A DNA stretch of 64,000 nucleotides from an uncultured Candidatus Saccharibacteria bacterium (lineage in GTDB: Bacteria > Patescibacteriota > Saccharimonadia > Saccharimonadales > JBBQAJ01). Within the stretch, counting starts at the first letter, position 1; each line of letters begins with the position of its first letter. The stretch spans positions 321,516 to 385,515 of the forward strand of contig CAZQHP010000001.1 in NCBI GenBank assembly GCA_964593805.1, in the 5' to 3' direction. The position numbers and the translations under genes were made by a program. The notes under the pieces were generated by a model. That model made no database searches. It had not been told where the DNA came from and worked only from the letters and a program-made list of their open reading frames with translations. Positions 59,615-64,000 of the stretch are shown here, piece after piece.

Positions 59615-60024
59615 TTAGGTGCTTTCTCGACGACAGGTTTTTGCTCAGTCATGGGGCTGTCTGTGGCCTTCTGCTCGGCAGCCGGGTTGGCTTCTCGCGT
59701 TGGAACTCTCAAGAGTGACCCGGTTTCTTTATCTTTCATGGCCGAAAAGCCAAGCGCTCTTGAGAACGACTGTTCTGGAGTTGCTCCTTCTTTGTGAGCT
59801 TCAACGGCAAGATCCAAAATGGTCGAGGCCATATCGGCTCCGTGCTCACTAACCATAAATTCGCCCAATGACGATATGCGATCCATGCCTGGCACAGGAC
59901 AGGAAACCTGTATTCTGGCAAGGTCTTGTGCTTGGAATTCATCAACACCCAAACGGGCTCTAATCATGGTAACTGCAGAATCAACGGCAGTCGCGGCTTG
60001 AACTTCAGCACCTAATTCACTCAT
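59584..60024 (-). CDS. Hypothetical protein (146 aa), upstream part of the putative frameshifted gene
   Basis: TATCAT -10 six nt before ATG 60024; ends PKKKLAPQPSR. Confidence 0.65.
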   Translation of the reverse strand: MSELGAEVQAATAVDSAVTMIRARLGVDEFQAQDLARIQVSCPVPGMDRISSLGEFMVSEHGADMASTILDLAVEAHKEGATPEQSFSRALGFSAMKDKETGSLLRVPTREANPAAEQKATDSPMTEQKPVVEKAPKKKLAPQPSR

Positions 60025-60064
60025 AGTACAATGATAACCATAAACATCACCAAATACAAACACC

Positions 60065-60940
60065 CTAGGGAAGAAGCGGGCCAATCGAGAGCATCACTGC
60101 CAGCACCATGACGACTATTAGGGATGTACCGAACATTTGGCGAGCCCAGCGGTCATCGTTTCCGGCCTCAAAACCTGTCAGGCCACGGTACAGCCAGTAG
60201 AGGCCTATGCCTGCCATCACCACGAGATATATATAGCCAGTGTAGCCAAAACTAGTAAGCAGTAATGACGTGATGACGAAGGCAACTGTGTAGATCAGTA
60301 CGTACACTTTACTGGCTCGCAAACCCTTTTTGACCGAAAGAATAGGCAGTCCAGCGGCTTTGTAGTCTTTGAGGCGGTACATGCCAATAGCGTAGAAGTG
60401 CGGCATTTGCCAGAATACGTAGATAAAAAACAGTATGAATGCGCCGCTGTCTAGGTGATTCGTCACGGACGAATAGGCGGCTACTGGGGGCAAGGCGCCG
60501 GCTACACTCCCCACTACAGTTCCGTGGACTGATTGCCGCTTAGACACACCGTACAAAACTACATACGTAAACACTGCCAATACTCCCAGCCCAACGGTCA
60601 GCAGATTCGTAAAGCGTGCCAAAACCGCAAAACCAGCCACTCCAAGACAACTGGCATATATGATTGCGGCGAGTCCTGAAACCTTGCCAGATACCAAAGC
60701 CCGCTTATTGGTTCGAGCCATCTTGGCATCAATCCCGCGGTCTATATAGTTATTAAAAACACAGCTAGAAGCAATAACCAGCGCCATGCCGCCTAGCGTA
60801 GTGGCCAGCAGTCCAAACTCGAATTGCCAGCGTGAAGCCAAGAAAAAACCAGCCAAAGCGTTCAAAATATTGCCGTAAATAATGCCAGGTTTAGTTAGTT
60901 GGTAGTAGGTTTTGAGGGTGTTTATTCTTCGTTCCTTCAC
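60065..60940 (-). CDS. cyoE: Protoheme IX farnesyltransferase (heme o synthase)
   Basis: LTKPGI, NNYIDRGIDAKMARTNKR, WQMPHF, DYKAAGLP. Confidence 0.95.
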   Translation of the reverse strand: MKERRINTLKTYYQLTKPGIIYGNILNALAGFFLASRWQFEFGLLATTLGGMALVIASSCVFNNYIDRGIDAKMARTNKRALVSGKVSGLAAIIYASCLGVAGFAVLARFTNLLTVGLGVLAVFTYVVLYGVSKRQSVHGTVVGSVAGALPPVAAYSSVTNHLDSGAFILFFIYVFWQMPHFYAIGMYRLKDYKAAGLPILSVKKGLRASKVYVLIYTVAFVITSLLLTSFGYTGYIYLVVMAGIGLYWLYRGLTGFEAGNDDRWARQMFGTSLIVVMVLAVMLSIGPLLP

Positions 60941-61035
60941 AATTAAAGATGTACGCGTCTATTGTACCAAGCCGATAGGTACCATGTTATAGTTATCTAT
61001 TATGGTAACGGTTACAACCTGATGGGGTCAGGCCA

Positions 61036-61941
61036 ATGTCAAAAATAAACAAAAAGCGGCTTAATCCGGGCTGGGTAGTGCTAATTATTTTCTTGTTATT
61101 GACTGAGCTGGCTCTAGTCATTGCCTATCTGCTAGACGGTAAAAACGTCGCGCTGTTTAACCCGAAAGGTCTGATTGCCCAAGAGCAGCTAAGTCTCATG
61201 GTCTTTACTGCTGCCGTACTACTCGTGATAGCTATTCCTACACTTTCTCTCCTCTTTTACACGGCTTGGAAATATCGGGAAAGCAACACAAAAGCAACCT
61301 ACGCTCCTCATGCCCACCACAGTAAATTCCGTTCCTTGAGTATGTGGCTGATCCCAACCGCGTTTATGCTTGTGCTTGCCAGTGTTATGTGGCCTGCTAC
61401 CCATAGGCTGGTACCACAGAAATTGATAGCAGCGGACGCCAAACCGCTCAGAATCCAAGTTGTATCGATGCGCTGGAAATGGCTGTTTTTATATCCTGAG
61501 CAGGGCATTGCTACGATAAATTTTGTTCAAGTTCCGGTAAATACACCTGTACAATTTGAGTTAACAGCTGACGCCGCACCGATGAGTTCGTTCTGGATTC
61601 CGAATCTCGGCGGCCAGCTGTATTCGATGACTAGCCATGTTAATCGGCTGAACCTAGTTGCTGAGTCACCCGGAGATTATCCAGGCAGCTCGGCCGAAAT
61701 AAATGGTGCTGGTTTTGCGGGTATGAAATTCACGGCTCGTGCAAGTAATGCGCAAGAGTTTGACCTTTGGGTGCAAACAGTAAAACAATCACCGAATGTA
61801 CTTGATACCGCCACATACGAAAGCATACTTGCGCCCAGCGAAAACAATCCGGTTGCGTTCTACTCGGCCTTTGAGCACGGTTTGTACGAGGGGGTGATTA
61901 TGAAATACTTGGGACCCGTAGAGGGGCAGGTGCACCACTGA
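61036..61941 (+). CDS. cyoA: Cytochrome bo3-type quinol oxidase subunit II
   Basis: NPKGLIA, WKYRE, WKWLFLYP, SFWIPNLGGQLYSM, GAGFAGMKF; no CuA ligands. Confidence 0.93.
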   Translation: MSKINKKRLNPGWVVLIIFLLLTELALVIAYLLDGKNVALFNPKGLIAQEQLSLMVFTAAVLLVIAIPTLSLLFYTAWKYRESNTKATYAPHAHHSKFRSLSMWLIPTAFMLVLASVMWPATHRLVPQKLIAADAKPLRIQVVSMRWKWLFLYPEQGIATINFVQVPVNTPVQFELTADAAPMSSFWIPNLGGQLYSMTSHVNRLNLVAESPGDYPGSSAEINGAGFAGMKFTARASNAQEFDLWVQTVKQSPNVLDTATYESILAPSENNPVAFYSAFEHGLYEGVIMKYLGPVEGQVHH

Positions 61942-64000
61942 TGAAAGAATTAATACTTGGCAAATTAGATTGGAGCGCCCTGCCACACGAATGGTTTACT
62001 ATCGGCGCGTCCGTGGCCTTTATCGGCATGTTTTTATTTGTCGCCATAGTAATCACCAGAATGAAACGCTGGAAATGGCTGTGGAACGAGTGGCTGACTT
62101 CTGTAGACCCTAAAAAAATTGGCATCATGTATTTCCTGGCTGGCGGGTTTATGCTCTTGCGCGGAGGTTTAGACGCAATTATGCTTTGGCTGCAGCAGGC
62201 TCTCGGTTCTAGCAATATGCCTGGACTGACCCCAGAAGCCACCTATGGATACTTATCTGCCGATCACTTCCAACAAATCTTTACAGCTCACGGCAATATA
62301 ATGGTCTTCTTTGTGGCCATGGCCTTTATATTCGGGCTGATAAATTACATTGTGCCTTTGCAAATTGGCGCGCGTGATTTGGCGTCACCCTTCTTGAATA
62401 CGTTAGGATTTTGGCTGTACATCGGCGGTGTTGTAATGGTAAATATATTCTTCCTGATTGGTGGTGAGTATGCAGCAACTGGCTGGTTGGCGGTAGCACC
62501 GCTTTCTGGCAGAGAGTTTAGTCCGGGAGTCGGCGTGGACTATTGGATTTGGAGTTTGCAGATTGCTGGTGTTGGGACAACGCTTGGAGCTATAAACTTT
62601 ATCATGACAATTCTAAAAATGCGCGCAAAAGGCATGACGCTGTGGAAAATGCCATTATTCACTTGGGGTTCCTTGTGTAGCATGATTATGGCTGTAACCG
62701 TGTTCCCACTGCTTACGGCCACTCTTTTCTTGATGTTTTTTGACCGCTACCTTGGAACACACTTCTTTACTACCATTGGTGGTGGCGATCCTATGATGTA
62801 CACCAACCTGATTTGGATGTGGGGCCACCCAGAAGTGTATATTCTAATGTTGCCAGCTTTTGGGGCCTTTTCGGAAGTTGTTTCTACATTTAGCCGCAAG
62901 GCAATCGCCAGCTACACATCAAACGTACTAGGGATGATAGGAGTCTCGGCGCTGGCTCTTTCTGTCTGGCTACACCACTTCTTTACTATGGGTGCGAGCG
63001 CCGATGTAAATGCTTTCTTTGGTCTCATGACAATGATAATCGCTATTCCAACTTCGGTATTAGTATTTACCTGGATAGCCACGATGCACAAAGGTTTAAT
63101 ACGCTTTGATGCGCCTATGCTGTGGTTTTTAGGGTTTATTGGCATTTTTGCAATTGGCGGTATGGCCGGTGTAATGCTGGCTGTGCCCCCGGCCGATTTC
63201 CAACTGCACAATAGTTTGTTCCTAGTGGCTCACTTCCACTCCATGGTAGTAGGTGGCGTGCTGTTTGGTATTTTCTGCGGATTATCTTATTGGTTCCCAA
63301 AGATAACTGGCCTCAAGCTCAATGAACGGATTGGCCGGAGCGCATTTTGGTGCTGGATGATTGGGTTTTGTCTATCTTTTATCCCTATGTACGTTTTAGG
63401 GCTTATGGGTGCGACTAGGCGGCTGGATCATTATGACGCCTCCACCGGCTGGCAGCCGCTGTTTGTGCTCATGCTGATTGGTGGGATTGTCATCGCGTTT
63501 GGCGTGGCTTTGCAGCTGGCTCAGATCTTGGCTAGCGTCATACAAAAGAAACGGCTGCGGGATACCACCGGCGATCCGTGGAATGGGCGGTCGCTGGAAT
63601 GGGCGGTCGCATCGCCGCCGCAGTTCTATAACTTTACCGTTATTCCAAAAGTATCAAGCAGAGACGCTTTCTGGGAAATGAAACGTCGAGGCTTGCCTAG
63701 TCCTGCCTACGAAGATATTCACGTACCCAAAAACACTGCCGCCGGTATTTATATTGCCGCCTTTGCATTTCTAGTCGGCTTTGCTTTTGTTTGGGAAATA
63801 ATTTGGCTAGCTGTCTTGTCAATAATCGGCATAATTGTTGTTTTTGTCGTTCGTGGTTTCAATGAACACAGCGAATACATCCTAACCGCTGCAGAAGTGC
63901 AAAAACTGCATGAATCCAGACAAAAGAGAGACCAGGCTCGTAGGGCTAGTACCGTAGTCAATACCGACGAAGACATGGGAGTATGGGAACTAATACGCGT
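61941..64000 (+). CDS. cyoB: Cytochrome bo3-type quinol oxidase subunit I (3' partial; absent from the ORF track)
   Basis: Hand translation: SVDPKKIGIMY, FTAHG, IGARD, WGHPEVY, VWLHHFFT, AHFH, TRR; open to window end. Confidence 0.96.
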   Translation, partial: MKELILGKLDWSALPHEWFTIGASVAFIGMFLFVAIVITRMKRWKWLWNEWLTSVDPKKIGIMYFLAGGFMLLRGGLDAIMLWLQQALGSSNMPGLTPEATYGYLSADHFQQIFTAHGNIMVFFVAMAFIFGLINYIVPLQIGARDLASPFLNTLGFWLYIGGVVMVNIFFLIGGEYAATGWLAVAPLSGREFSPGVGVDYWIWSLQIAGVGTTLGAINFIMTILKMRAKGMTLWKMPLFTWGSLCSMIMAVTVFPLLTATLFLMFFDRYLGTHFFTTIGGGDPMMYTNLIWMWGHPEVYILMLPAFGAFSEVVSTFSRKAIASYTSNVLGMIGVSALALSVWLHHFFTMGASADVNAFFGLMTMIIAIPTSVLVFTWIATMHKGLIRFDAPMLWFLGFIGIFAIGGMAGVMLAVPPADFQLHNSLFLVAHFHSMVVGGVLFGIFCGLSYWFPKITGLKLNERIGRSAFWCWMIGFCLSFIPMYVLGLMGATRRLDHYDASTGWQPLFVLMLIGGIVIAFGVALQLAQILASVIQKKRLRDTTGDPWNGRSLEWAVASPPQFYNFTVIPKVSSRDAFWEMKRRGLPSPAYEDIHVPKNTAAGIYIAAFAFLVGFAFVWEIIWLAVLSIIGIIVVFVVRGFNEHSEYILTAAEVQKLHESRQKRDQARRASTVVNTDEDMGVWELIR

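Noticed and set aside
60941-61035. Short dyads (GTAACGGTTAC, TACCAT..ATGGTA) in the cyoE/cyoA divergent region as Rex or FNR sites
   Set aside because: They match neither consensus and are too short to call.

Overview
64 kb of mostly core chromosome from a reduced-genome bacterium. Gene content and order (C-terminally truncated AlaRS, orphan FtsA-like gene with a baseplate-J-like partner, SbcB, mostly SD-less starts, cyoE/cyoAB, NiSOD) point by inference to Saccharibacteria (TM7, CPR). It holds about 55 CDSs for translation, DNA repair, cell envelope and transport, 8 intact tRNAs and one tRNA-Leu relic. No CRISPR array, rRNA, integrase, transposase or prophage was seen. Main observations: (1) a bo3-type quinol oxidase that keeps its metal ligands, quinol site and D-channel but lacks both K-channel residues (subunit I K362->L, subunit II E89->S, E. 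coli numbering), clustered with NiSOD, NDH-2 and a FAD-linked dehydrogenase; (2) two 168-181 bp elements on tRNA-Gly and tRNA-Ala, each bounded by a duplicated tRNA 3' end and sharing a four-hairpin layout; (3) an orphan gene pair joined by a -1 shift at an A9 run; (4) a 17-aa leader peptide before an ABC-ABC-chromate-transporter operon; (5) a tRNA-Leu relic whose anticodon arm is replaced by a GC palindrome that recurs elsewhere. All alignments to reference proteins were done by eye from memory and need database confirmation.
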